A DNA stretch of 62,372 nucleotides from Octopus bimaculoides (taxonomy: Eukaryota), in assembly GCF_001194135.2 (NCBI RefSeq), contig NC_068988.1:42862470-42924841 (forward strand), given 5' to 3'. The position numbers and the translations under genes were made by a program. Of this stretch, positions 34,624-46,860 are shown in pieces (position 1 is the first letter of the stretch; each line of letters starts with the position of its first letter). A model generated the notes under the pieces. It did not search any database and was not told the origin of the DNA. It saw nothing but the letters and a program-made list of their open reading frames with translations.

Positions 34624-35297
34624 CCGAGATCTTTCTGATATTGACGGGTACCACTTTTCATTTATGTTTTATGTAGTGTTTTTGGTACCGAAACACTTTC
34701 AAACTTCGTATACTTGTATATTTTGTGTTATAGAACAGATAAAAAATTCTGTATTCCAAGTTATTTCATGTAAAAAATTGTCGTATTTCGGTAATTTCAA
34801 CCAATCACTGACGTCTATTGAGGTGAAAACAATTACTGCAGTGAATTGTGAACACAACACGTTGTGCGGTGTAATGGAATCTTTTCCCTTGAATAAAATT
34901 AGTGCCGTTGTTTGTCAACAACAACAACAACTATCAGCGGTACTGTTATTTATAACATCGTTCGTGCGTTTGTACTGGTTTTAGTTTTAGGGTTATGATT
35001 ATTTTTGCCATAACCTAACTCATAACCCTCACCCCTTACTAGGGAATAACGATCTTGACACCGGCAAAAATGATTGCTTACAAAAACAGCAGTAACTGTA
35101 TTCAGCTGAATAGACGTCAGTGATTGGTTGAAATTACAGAAATACGACAACTTTAACATGAAATAACCTGCAATATTGAAATTGTTAAGAAGGCTAAGAG
35201 AAAAAGATGTTTTATATGACACATTCTACCAGTATCCTAAGTTTGAAAGTGTTTCGTTAAGAAAACAAGTGGTGCCCGTCAATTCAGAAAGATCCGG
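34624..35297. mobile_element. Foldback-type element with ~210-bp terminal inverted repeats
   Basis: Arms 34624-34839 and 35089-35297 share GATCTTTCTGA..TTGACGGG, CGAAACACTTTCAAACTT and GTAATTTCAACCAATCACTGACGTCTATT; no TSD found. Confidence 0.8.
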
Positions 35298-36772
35298 CAA
35301 GTTTGCTGATTGAAAGCCCTTGCGGTATATTTCCGTTGCACCATGTTTTGACATCAAATATCAACGCCAACGATAAAATACCAGTAATATACTGTGAAGT
35401 TTATGTCGATTAGGTTGACTACACACTCGCTCAGAATAAACTGTAGCAGCTTAAATTCAAACTCCTCTAACAAGGGATAAGAAATAATCTAAATTCAGCG
35501 AACAAAAGTTCAGACATTAAAAGTTTGTACTCCTGCTTTAGCTGTGATGGATATAACTAGAAAATACTACCACACATGTATGTATGACTTAAGAAAAAAT
35601 ATTTAAATTGTTATTAAAGTTTACTAGTTAAATGAAACAAACTTCAACGTGTAAAACAGGACTTAATAGCCAGTGGAAGTTCCAACAGGTTGAAGAACTT
35701 GTGGACTCAAGATTTAAATGAAAAGCTCGTAATTGTATTAACACACTTTGTATAACCGCCCTGAGGCAAGTGTTTACAATATTAAATTGTAAACTATAAT
35801 TTTTAGTACGAGGAATATCCAGAGCAATATTAACCTGGGCCATCAGGTTATGTATGCTTGTGAACACCGTTGTTTATCCAGTGTATTAAGTCCGTTGTAG
35901 ATTAAAAAAAGAAATATTGTTCCTATAAAAATATTAATATCAAGATTGTGCACTAAGTCTCCCTTGTATGAAGACTTATTTCCATTCGTTTGTTCTGTTC
36001 GAACTTAACTTGCCAAAAGTACAGTGATACACTTCTATAAAGTTTGGTATTGTTCTTAAAACGAAGAAAAAAATATTTATTGAAATTGCTACGGAGAAAA
36101 AAAAATCTTTGACAGAATATCAACATTAAATGTTAAAAATAATTCATAAACAAAAGTAAATTTCAACACACTTTGAAGGTATTATTGAAGAATATTACTT
36201 CGCTAATTTTTGAGGCAACGTGCGTCAGCAAAAGCAAAAACAACAAAAAAAAAAAAACCAGAACAATTCAGTTTATATTTCAAACTCTTCTAACGTTGTT
36301 TACTAGAGACTGTGTAATAAAATACTTAAAAATCACTGCGAAGAAGAAACGTAAAAACAAAATATTTTAAAACTCACTGGAGCGAAGATTCGAACTTCAT
36401 TTATGCAATCTCCCGTCAGAAGATTTCAGCATGTCTTTGGAAACAAGAAAAATGTCAACAAGATGGCGTCAGCTTTATTTTAAAAGAGACGAGTTAATTT
36501 GAATAGAGACCACTTAGCCACACTGAGTCATCAGACGTTCTAACTGATTTAATGAATTTAAGAAAGGGCGAAGTGTTATTTTACAAATTAGTTAAGCAGT
36601 TTAACCAAGATATTATTTTAAAAAATAAACAACATATATATTGAATGTATTAAATTTTTTTATCACATTAAACATGCAATAATTTATTTTACAAAATTAC
36701 ATTTCCGTAGTGTTCAAATGAAATTCATTACTAAAATAACTGCTTATATTGCAACCACGTTTTATTAATATT

Positions 36773-36953
36773 ACTTTCAAATTTTTTGGCGCAAGGCCAG
36801 CTATTTCGGGGGAGGGGTTATGTCTATTACTTCGATCCCAGTGTTCAACTGGTATTTGTTTTGTCGACCTCGAAAGGCTGAAAGGCAAAGTCGACCTTGG
36901 TAGAATTTGAACTCAGAATGTAAAGACGATTCTGCCAGTTCACCGCCTTATGA
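36773..36953 (-). mobile_element. SINE-C copy (internally deleted)
   Basis: 12-bp TSD TTTATT(A/G)ATATT. Confidence 0.85.
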
Positions 36954-37600
36954 TTTATTGATATTAGATAGAAATTCGAGGTCCACTTTGCTTTTCCTCA
37001 TTTCGAGGTCGATAAAATAAGTACCATTGAACACTGGGGTCGATGAAATCGACTTACCCTTGTGCCAAAATTTGAAACCAATATAGGAAATGCAAAATTA
37101 GAAAAAATATAAATTAACATAATTTGTTTTTTAAGAAATTTGATGGTAAAAGTATTTGTTTTAGAATAAAAAAAAATAGCTGGTATCTTTATTTTGACTT
37201 GAGTTGCTGAAACTCATTCTATATCAACTGATTTATAATTATCAGTGCCGTAGCCTCATCCAAAACTGATTCCTTGGATATTACATTGAAGTCAAATATA
37301 GTCTGCTTATTTTATCCAAGATTTTCTCATTGTATCACAAAAAAAAAATTAAAAAATTTAGTGATGATCTGCATCTGTAAATAAAAAAGAAAAATGAAAT
37401 TCATAGATTAAGTTCATGTGATATGACAAGCAATGAATTTTTGCGTTTTAGGTTTACATCATTCTTTGAGAATATGAGAAAAGCTTCCATTTCTTTTCAA
37501 ACAGAAAGTGAGAGCTGTCAGCCTTTTCCATCAAAGAATACCTGACTTACAAAAAATGAATGTTTGAGACAAGATACAAGGCAATATTAGAAGTGAGTTT

Positions 37601-37811
37601 AAAGCGGTGATCTGGCAGAATCGTTAGCACGCCAGTGAAAATTTCCTTCGGTATTTCGTCTGTCTTTACATTCTGAGTTCAAATTTCACCGAGGTCGACT
37701 TTGCCTTTCATCCTTTCGGAATCGATAACATAAATACCAGTTGAACACTGGAGTCGATTTAATCGACTTACACCTTCCCCCGACCTTACTGGCCTTATGC
37801 CAAAATTTGAA
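37601..37811 (+). mobile_element. SINE-C copy
   Basis: Degenerate 18-bp TSD starting AATATT (14/18 match). Confidence 0.85.
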
Positions 37812-37826
37812 AATATTCGAACTAAG

Positions 37827-38072
37827 CTTAATAAGTCCTTGTTTAGTACCAGCTTTTGTTTTATCGTCCCCAAAGGAATTAGAGACAAAGTCAACCCCAG
37901 CAGGATTTGATGTCCAAAAGTAAATTAAAAGATTCAATTAAATTATACTCTTCCAACTTCACCGCATTTCCGTTTAATCAAATACTGCACCAGTTTTGAG
38001 AGAAAAGGAATAGCAATGACTTAACACTGGCGCAAGATTGGTGTTAGTGATGGTGGTGAGGAGGAGGAGGAG
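37827..38072 (-). repeat. Right arm of the 245-bp inverted duplication
   Basis: See 34247-34491. Confidence 0.95.
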
Positions 38073-39117
38073 GAAGTTGAAAAATTTAATCACTGTATTT
38101 GATTAGTATTATTTTATTGACCCCCCACCCCGTCACAGATGAATGAAGAGCAGAGCAGACTTCAAGGGGATTTGAATTGCAAATGTTAAGGGACATGGCG
38201 AATGACTGCAAGGCATTCTGTCCCTCGCTTTACCAATTCCAAACTCCATTGACTTTGTCTTTTAGTTCCTTTTTTTCCTTTCATAAAAAGAGTACCAGTT
38301 ATATCTGCAAATTTTCCCTCGTCTAAAACCTTTCCCATTGAACCTATGTCAGAAATCATCATCATCACTAGCATCATTGTTATTATTAAAGTAACAATCT
38401 GGCTGTGCCGGAAAACTGCTTAGTGATATGTCTTGAGACTCTTTACGTTATGAGTTTGAATCCTGACATAAGTTCAAAAGGTCAACTTTGCTTTTCATGT
38501 TTCGATAAAATAAAGTACCAGTCAATACTGGAATCGATGAAATCAAGTTGTCTCTCCTCTCGAAGTCGCTGGCTTTGTACCAAAATTAGAAAGAATCATC
38601 ATTATTGTAGGCCGGAGGCAAGAATGGTTATTTACTTGAAGTTTTACAGAAGACCATAATTGAAATTGACACCAAGTAATGGTAACCCCTTTAAATGTAT
38701 GATCTTGAGCGAAGACTAACAACTCCTTAAATATTTCTAACATATGAACTGGCTGGTCCCTTAGTCTCTGTAAAAGCATTATAAGTAGCAATTTGAGACA
38801 AAGCAGCATGTTCAATGAAAGAACACCACATTAAAACAAAAAGAATGGCAGATATTCTGTAGTAATATCAGCAATACGGTCACGTGGGAATGTCATGTGG
38901 TCTAGTCTCCTCTGTAGTCCTGTTTGTTTCTCAACTTACTGACTATAATGCCTATTCTAATTTACATCAAAATCTTATGAAAATTCGAGTTTGTTTTTGA
39001 AAGCACAAAATCTATTGAATCGTATCTCTGTTACATTATATTTTAGTTATGCATGATTGAGTAAATGTTTAAAGCGGTTTAGTACTTCTGACTTCCAATA
39101 CCTTCGAACTGTCAAGG

Positions 39118-39300
39118 TAACGGTTGCTCTCTGGCAGGATTATGATCGAGCTTGTGGCTGTAGAAACCTCCGGCTTTATCGGTCCCCGGACCATATCGCT
39201 GCTCACCGAGCCCCATGAGTCAGAGTGGCTGTTCCAACGCATCTCCGTCGCATCCTCTGGGGAAACGCCTTTCCTATTTTGTCTGCTGGGACCACAAGGC
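39118..39300 (+). mobile_element. 3' fragment of a CRE-like non-LTR retrotransposon (restriction-like endonuclease end)
   Basis: VAVETSGFIGP...ESEWLFQRISVA plus frameshifted GNAFPIL match the PxAxETxG...FQRLSxAxQRGNA pattern; locally GC-rich. Confidence 0.7.
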
Positions 39301-39678
39301 AGTCTGAATTACAGAAAAATGTACGTTCCACTCCTTAATGTATAATTACTACATTTTAAAAAGGAACAGGTTAAATACGTAGGTGAATGAAAGAAATTGC
39401 TCTTCAGGAGACCATGAAAAAGAAGAGACAACTAAATGGATAAATAAAAACCCAAAAGCAAAGCTAGAAAGTACCTTAGCTATATCTTTTACATGATGCC
39501 TATTCTGAGGATAACCTTTAATGAAATAAGCTGCACTTGTTTTGGATTCTTCAATGTTATATTAAATCTTAGTCCTTTTTCAAGGCAGTTGATGTGATTT
39601 GAAAGAAATCTTGTCATCCCATCCTACATATTTGTGTGTGTTTGTATGCGTTTGCATATATATATATATATATACATT

Positions 39679-39747
<69 letters not shown>

Positions 39748-40407
39748 NNNNNNNNNNNNNNNNNNNNNNNNNNNNNNNNNNNNNNNNNNNNNNNNNNNNN
39801 NNNNNNNNNNNNNNNNNNNNNNNNNNNNNNNNNNNNNNNNNNNNNNNNNNNNNNNNNNNNNNNNNNNNNNNNNNNNNNNNNNNNNNNNNNNNNNNNNNNN
39901 NNNNNNNNNNNNNNNNNNNNNNNNNNNNNNNNNNNNNNNNNNNNNNNNNNNNNNNNNNNNNNNNNNNNNNNNNNNNNNNNNNNNNNNNNNNNNNNNNNNN
40001 NNNNNNNNNNNNNNNNNNNNNNNNNNNNNNNNNNNNNNNNNNNNNNNNNNNNNNNNNNNNNNNNNNNNNNNNNNNNNNNNNNNNNNNNNNNNNNNNNNNN
40101 NNNNNNNNNNNNNNNNNNNNNNNNNNNNNNNNNNNNNNNNNNNNNNNNNNNNNNNNNNNNNNNNNNNNNNNNNNNNNNNNNNNNNNNNNNNNNNNNNNNN
40201 NNNNNNNNNNNNNNNNNNNNNNNNNNNNNNNNNNNNNNNNNNNNNNNNNNNNNNNNNNNNNNNNNNNNNNNNNNNNNNNNNNNNNNNNNNNNNNNNNNNN
40301 NNNNNNNNNNNNNNNNNNNNNNNNNNNNNNNNNNNNNNNNNNNNNNNNNNNNNNNNNNNNNNNNNNNNNNNNNNNNNNNNNNNNNNNNNNNNNNNNNNNN
40401 NNNNNNN
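39748..40407. other. Assembly gap between (TG)n and (TA)n
   Basis: Run of N. Confidence 1.
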
Positions 40408-40440
<33 letters not shown>

Positions 40441-40624
40441 GCATACATATGTGTATACATATGTGATATGTGTGCATACATGTGTACATATATTTTAGAG
40501 CAAACACATGTGCTAAGGATGCTGCTAAACTCAGTCTCTTAATGTAGGTGTCGAAGTCACACTATGCAGTGAAGCAGCTGCGTGCATGTGTGCGTGTAAT
40601 GTACGGTATATCTAGTATGCAAAA

Positions 40625-41356
40625 TCCATATAATAATCTGCTTGTTCGTTCACCTGTTATACATTAGTTAGTTGCGGAGGTAGAGAGAGAGAGAGGGGGG
40701 AGGAAGGATTGAAGAAAGAAGAGAGGAAGAAGCAGAGGAAAATGATTAATATTAATACACTTAAGCCAAATGGTCACATCGTCAGCTGAAGGTAGAGGCG
40801 AACAACGAGAGAAAAGAGAGATAAGTGTTAACGACGTACGGTGGGGGAGGGAATACTTATTACGTGGTTAAAAAGTTAGCTAAAGGGCAAGTTAGATAGA
40901 GAGAGATGGACAAGAGACGTTGTTATATTGAGAGAGAGAGAGAGAGTGTGTGTGTGTGTGTGTGTGTGTGGTGTGTTGATAATGAAAAGTATTTTTTTTA
41001 TTGAACTGATTTTTTTTACAGCAACCATCGCATACGCATAAGTGCAATTATATATCGTCTGCTCGCTTACAAAGTTGATATTTGTTTGTAAGGGTTAATT
41101 TAGCCTAAACTCTGGGTTCACAAGAAACACGGTTGCAAGCTCCCCGAGAAAGGGTGCGCAGATATAGAGCACAGATCAGAGAGGAACAGCAAGAAGATAT
41201 AATAAAAAGAGTCAAAAGACAACAGCAACGGTGACGTGAGGAAATAAATGTAGACGAACGTCAAGGATATTTTAAAAAAAGCTAAAGTATGAATGCTTTC
41301 TCTCTTAAGTCGTCTTAATTTTCTCCACTCAGTGGAATTTCCACGGGTCCTACTAG
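40625..41356 (+). mobile_element. Non-autonomous Helitron
   Basis: 5' A|TCCATATAATAATCTGCTTGT; 3' hairpin GTGGAATTTCCAC followed by CTAG|T. Confidence 0.75.
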
Positions 41357-41809
41357 TATAACTTGTATACTGCACACTGTTGTGTAATATTATTCATCAA
41401 CATACGTCATAGATGAGTTTAAAGAAATATTTTGTATACTTACATAGATCTACTGAAATCTTCTCGACCTGAAACTATATATCACATAATACAGACAATT
41501 TACTGTATAAATGTTATATATGTTTAAACATGAGCAGATGTACTCACATGTTTGAGTATGTTTGCGTGTAAGTGCGTGTGCACTAACGCGAGTTTGAAAA
41601 GTTTGTTTTCTAATCACATGAGTATATCTTCTATCCTATAGTGCGGCAACTTGGGCAAGTGACGTCTAATTTAATGCCAGGTAGAAAATCACATTTTCAC
41701 TGAAAACAGTTGTGAAAGTTTGTCTTCTGTAATGAATGCATGTTGCATCAGATGACAGATTTAGAGCATTGAATACACGAAACCCTGGGAGTTGCTACTT
41801 TCGAACCTG

Positions 41810-44060
41810 AAAATAAAATAAATTTACGCTCTTGGTTGATGTAAAGTAACCTCAGGATGAACAGCAGGTAAAACACGTAATCCGGATGCATCGCGTCTCG
41901 TTGTAAGTTTCGCAGCAGCATAAATGTTACCTTATAAATGTTAAGGGATTGCGACAGAAATCTTGATGGATTGAAGAGAGTTTCGAATTATTTGGGTGGA
42001 CGCAGAGTTTCTTTGAACATTTTATCAGTGTCCATGAAATTTCTCTCCTGATCCGGAAGCCATCGCTTCATGTACTTGTTGACGAGCTGCATGGTTCGTT
42101 TGTGGAGCTGATGATGATCCGATCAGCTAACTATACAGAGCTCGAAAATGTACTCGCACATGCCTAACATGTTCTCTTTTTTTCAGTTGCAGATCAGAAG
42201 CGAATAGTTTGAGTTTGAACTCCTTGATATCTTCCTTATAAAGTTTGCACTCAGTGCACGGAAGCTGCATTCTCAGCACTGTTAAGCCACAATAATCTAC
42301 ATTTTAGTGTTAAACTCCAGTGTCTCCATCCGATTTAAAATTTCATATCAATGTCGCCTGTACAAGCTGTGCTCTGGCTCTGTGTTCAATCCTCGGTGAA
42401 GTCTGTTTGCAGTCACTAGCCAAACAGTATGTTGATTACATATGCCTTATCGATAATACTACTAGTATTTAAACAGAATGTTTTACCCTGCAACGTATTT
42501 AAAGAATTGATCACATAAGTCCAACCACAGTTAAGGATTCGATGTTAGCATTCGCGTTGGCTTCCTTATATTCCCTCTCGGCAGCACCACATCATGTTCT
42601 GTCTCCTTCAGTTCGCTGATTAGCTGTGTCAATGCAACGATGTTTGTATTGGGTCTTGGTAACCCAAAGTTGGAATGAAGGTCCAATCTATGAAGCTCCA
42701 GACTTTCCTGAATGTTAAACAGTACCATATACACTGAGTTCTGACAATACCATCTCTTTTTTCTGTTACATGATGTCTTCGGATGTTCCAGAATTCCAGA
42801 CAGATTAAAGCAGGATAGGGCAGAAAGTGTCTAGAAATTGATCTAAATCGGATGTAACTTAATGATCTAGATATTTTCGTGAACGAGGCTCAGTTTGAAG
42901 CCCTGTCTTATGATGAAGAAGCATTCGCGGGTAATAGAGCTCAGCCTAAATTCGACTGGATGAGATTGTAGGAATGCATTCAAGTGAGCAGTCGTTTGCA
43001 CCTCTTATATATTTTATCCTATCAGAAAAAGTTCTTAGGAATGTCGGTGTGGAGATTGTATTGTGGTTTAGGGTTTCTCGCTTTCAACTGGAAATAATCA
43101 ATTACACTGCAAGTTTTTGTGCCAAAACGTCTGTCACTTCATCATGGCTGTTCGATTCTGTCTTTTGGTAGGTATTCTGTTTGGCCAAATTGTATGGGCC
43201 TTCTTTGTTTGAAGATCTTCGACAGTAATTCCAGAAATGAATTATTTCCATCAACCGGTCAGACCATGACTATCTATGCAGGAGTTTTTTGTGTGGCTGA
43301 GATCACTTGGTCCATGCATATTGTTTGTTAGGATGGCGGAATGGAGTTTCAAATTATTTTAATTGACGAGTATTTCACAGCACACCTCTTTTTCGATCGG
43401 TTGAAGTGTCTTTGGATTGCTGTCGTATTCCATGATAGGGATAATGTAAGATTGGTACAGCCACTGTATCTGCCCCTCGAATATAGTAAAATGGGCAAAC
43501 ATTTTGTTTAACACCTCTTTCTTTTGAAATCATCTAACAAACTGTCGGGTTTGATCATGAAAACTCGTACGCACTGATCATATCTCTTCTTGGCTTCCTC
43601 TCCAGAACTAAGACCAATTGTGATTTCAAGCTTCATGAGATTAGTGGTCATAGTGATGAGCTTTCCATTATCGTAGTTTTGAAAGAAGAATGTGGGCTTA
43701 GAATTATTACAGTCTCGTGTATTTTCTAGGAAACTTTATTCCGACTGCATGTTAAAATGTTTGATAATGGCTGGCAGTGGGCAGGCAATGAATGTAGCTT
43801 GACTTTTCCATCACAGATTAAACTGGTGTGAGCCCATCCTTCCAGTGATATGAGTTGCATTGGCTGCAAACAGTTAAGAAGTAGTCTCCAACGTTGTGTT
43901 ACAGCAAAACTGTTAAGGCTTTAATGTCGTAAAACACAGAAATCTCACTGGTTTTGTCAATTCTGCAGTTCAATAGTTTCTTGTTTGGAAAAAGAATCTT
44001 TTGTATTGAACCAGGTGAAAATTTCCGTCAAGAAAGATACGCCATAGCTTGTCTATTTTA
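41810..44060 (-). pseudogene. Decayed Helitron RepHel (Rep plus PIF1-like helicase), many stops, frameshifts and deletions
   Basis: Motifs in the expected order: KPTFF..ITMTTN, RYDQCVRVFMIKPDSLLDDF, NMHGP, ELYYPRMLLHH, NFGLPRP, QGKTFCLN..KAYVINIL (decayed Walker A), EYIFEL. Confidence 0.85.
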
Positions 44061-44221
44061 TTGAGTATAAAAGCGTTATTAGTCATCACTGTCATTGCCT
44101 CTCGGATTCTGATTCTTGATCTTGCTACTCACGTCGGGTGAGTTGGGAAAGCCGTCTTTCCTTCTGCTTTTGTCTGTTTCGTTTGTATGTTATGTTCTTT
44201 TTAACTCACTGATCTCCCTCT

Positions 44222-44286
<65 letters not shown>

Positions 44287-44864
44287 TCGTGTTAGTCGTT
44301 GTTCCTCAGTTTTGGTAATTTGTTTCTCCCGGTTATACTGATTTTTCAGTTTTCCTGTCCTCTTCGTCGACGTATTTCTTTGACCATCCTACTATTATAG
44401 AAAAAATATCTTCCGTTCTATAATCATCTGTTAAAAAAATAACTGACAATCTCGTTTAAAAAACTGTCATTAAACAAACATTCTCATGAAAAAAAAGTTG
44501 TATGTAAATTCAATATCACTGAAATAGTTACACTACATCTGTCTGGCAAAAATAACAGACTAAACAGTCACATTGTTAGCATCTGTACGTTTATTCATAT
44601 AGGACAATGCCATATGATCACTTTTAGCAGTTCTTGGACAAATTCTCAAGAAACAACTCAATTTCTGTAAACATTATCAGACATTCTTGCCCAAATAATT
44701 CAATATTAGCACAGGAATCGTCAAGAGCCTGCTCCTACCCAGTTATCCGGGTCTCAAACTCAGAATGACGTAAATATTAGGAAATATTCTTAGTGGTTAT
44801 TAACATATACAAAGAAATTCGGTTAACCTACTAAATTTCCCTTTCAGGAAGAATTAAATGTTCA

Positions 44865-45205
44865 GCTATATGGTAAGAAGTTTGCTTCCCAACCCCCACG
44901 GTGCCTTCTTCAGTCCCCTTGGGCAAGTGTCTTCTACTATAGCTCCGAGCCAACCAAAAACTTGTGAATGGATTTGATAGACGGAAACTGAAGGAAGCTC
45001 GTCGTATATGTTTGTTACCCAGCTGTCGCTTTAAAACGGGTGTTGAAGTGTTTACGTCCCTGTAAACCAGCAGTTCGGCAAAAGAAACCGATAGAAAAAG
45101 TACCAGGGTTTATAAAGATTTAAGTACTGGGTTCGATTCGTTCGAATAATTCTTCAAGGCTGTGCCACAGCATGTCCGCTATCTTATGATTGAAACAAGA
45201 AAAAA
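44865..45205 (+). mobile_element. SINE-B copy
   Basis: Core CCTTGGGCAAGTGTCTTCTACTATAGC. Confidence 0.85.
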
Positions 45206-45969
45206 CTTTGTTCACACACACAAAATCAATATCTTGGGTGAAAATGAAAGAAAAATTGCTCATTTGAGGTGAATTAGTCATTTGAGACGAATTGGATCCA
45301 TGGAATAACCAGCTGTTTTGTGAATGGTGATATCCAATTGACATACAAGAGCTTCGGATAAATAGTTGTAATCTCAACTGTTTTTGGAAGATAATAAATT
45401 CAAATTAATTATGCAATAAAACATGAATTAATTTTTCTCCCGAACTTAATGTTTAAATTTCAGTTTTATGGTTTAATATTTATAAAAATAAGATCCATTA
45501 ATTCTGTAGGTTTTGCTATGTTAAAACTACTACAGGAATTTAAATTGTAAATTTATATTCAAATATCACATATAAGATTTTCACTTTCCACTTAAACAAT
45601 TTCACATTTAAAAAAATTTTCGGTTCAGCCCGCCAATCACGTACGACCAGATAGCGTGCCATTAACGAACACATAGCAGAGAAAGTTCTCTTAACGAATG
45701 ATATACATGTAGTTGCCACCAGTTTATTTAGTCAAGCATTTCCAATCAAGATGAAAACGCAAAGAAACTAACTGAAAAATTGAAATAATAGACATAACTT
45801 AGATCAAGTCACTAGGTCACTCAGATTTTCCTAAACATTTGCAAGAAAGATTTACACTAATTAATGGACTAGCTTAATAATATTTATAATATACATCGAA
45901 ATGAATTATTTAATAGTGAATGAAATAACGTTATGAATGGGAAACGAAAAAACTTAACGGAATAATATT

Positions 45970-46186
45970 CTTTTCTACTCTAGATACAAGGCCAGAAATC
46001 TTTTGGGAGGAGGGGGCCAGTCGATTAGATCGACCTCAACACGCAACTGGTACTTAATTTATCGACCCCGAAAGGATGAAAGGCAAAGTCGACATCAGCG
46101 GAATTTGAACTAAGAACGTAAAGACAGACGAAATAGTGCTAAGCATTTCGTCCGGCGTGCTAACGTTTCTGCCAGCTCGCCGCCTT
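45970..46186 (-). mobile_element. Full-length SINE-C (left member of head-to-head pair)
   Basis: 17-bp TSD CTTAA(C/T)GGAATAATATT. Confidence 0.95.
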
Positions 46187-46213
46187 CTTAATGGAATAAT
46201 ATTGAAATATCGA

Positions 46214-46429
46214 TAAAGTGGTGAGCTGGTAAGACGTTAGCACGCCTGGCGAAATGCTAAGAGGTATTTCGTCTGTCTTTACGTACTGAGTTCAAATTCC
46301 GCCGAGATCGACTTTGCCTTTCATCCTTTCTGGGCCGATAAATTAAATATCACTTGCGTACTGGGGTCGATCTAATCGACTGGCTCCCTCCCCCAAAATT
46401 TCGGGCCTTATGCCTAGAGTAGAAAAGAG
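46214..46429 (+). mobile_element. Full-length SINE-C (right member of head-to-head pair)
   Basis: Exact 14-bp TSD TATTGAAATATCGA. Confidence 0.95.
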
Positions 46430-46524
46430 TATTGAAATATCGAAAATTGTGATATGTGAAAGTGCTTTCATTTCTTCTCCAAAATTATATTTATTATAAT
46501 GCAAAGAGAAAATTAACAACTTAC

Positions 46525-46860
46525 AGGCGCAGGCGTGGCTGTGTGGTGAGAATCCCAACCACATGCTTCCAAATTCAGTCCCTCAGTGTGGCACCTTGGG
46601 TAAGTGTCTTCTACTATAGCCTCGGGCCGACTAAAGCCTTTTGAGTGGATCAGGTAGGTGTGTGTCTGTGTTTGTCTCCTCACTATCGCTTGACAACCGA
46701 TGTTGGTGTGTTTACCTCCCCGTAACTTAGCAGCCCGGCAAAAGCAACCGATGGAATAAGTACTAGGCTTACAAAGAGTAAGTCCTGGAGTCGCTTTCTT
46801 CGACTGAAGGCGGTGCTCCAGCATGGCTGCAGTCAAATGACTGAAATAAATAATAAAATT
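46525..46860 (+). mobile_element. SINE-B (CORE-like), near full length
   Basis: Head GGCGTGGCTGTGTGGT, core GGCACCTTGGG.AAGTGTCTTC, tail GGCGGTGCTCCAGCATGGCTGCAGTC. Confidence 0.9.

Noticed and set aside
36459-36468. YY1-like CAAGATGGCG as a promoter of a second gene
   Set aside because: Isolated 10-mer with no downstream exon or ORF support.
39599-40542. Long ORFs spanning N-runs (also 2312-2863, 19458-19865, 58297-59239)
   Set aside because: Artefacts of translating assembly gaps and (TA)n/(TG)n.
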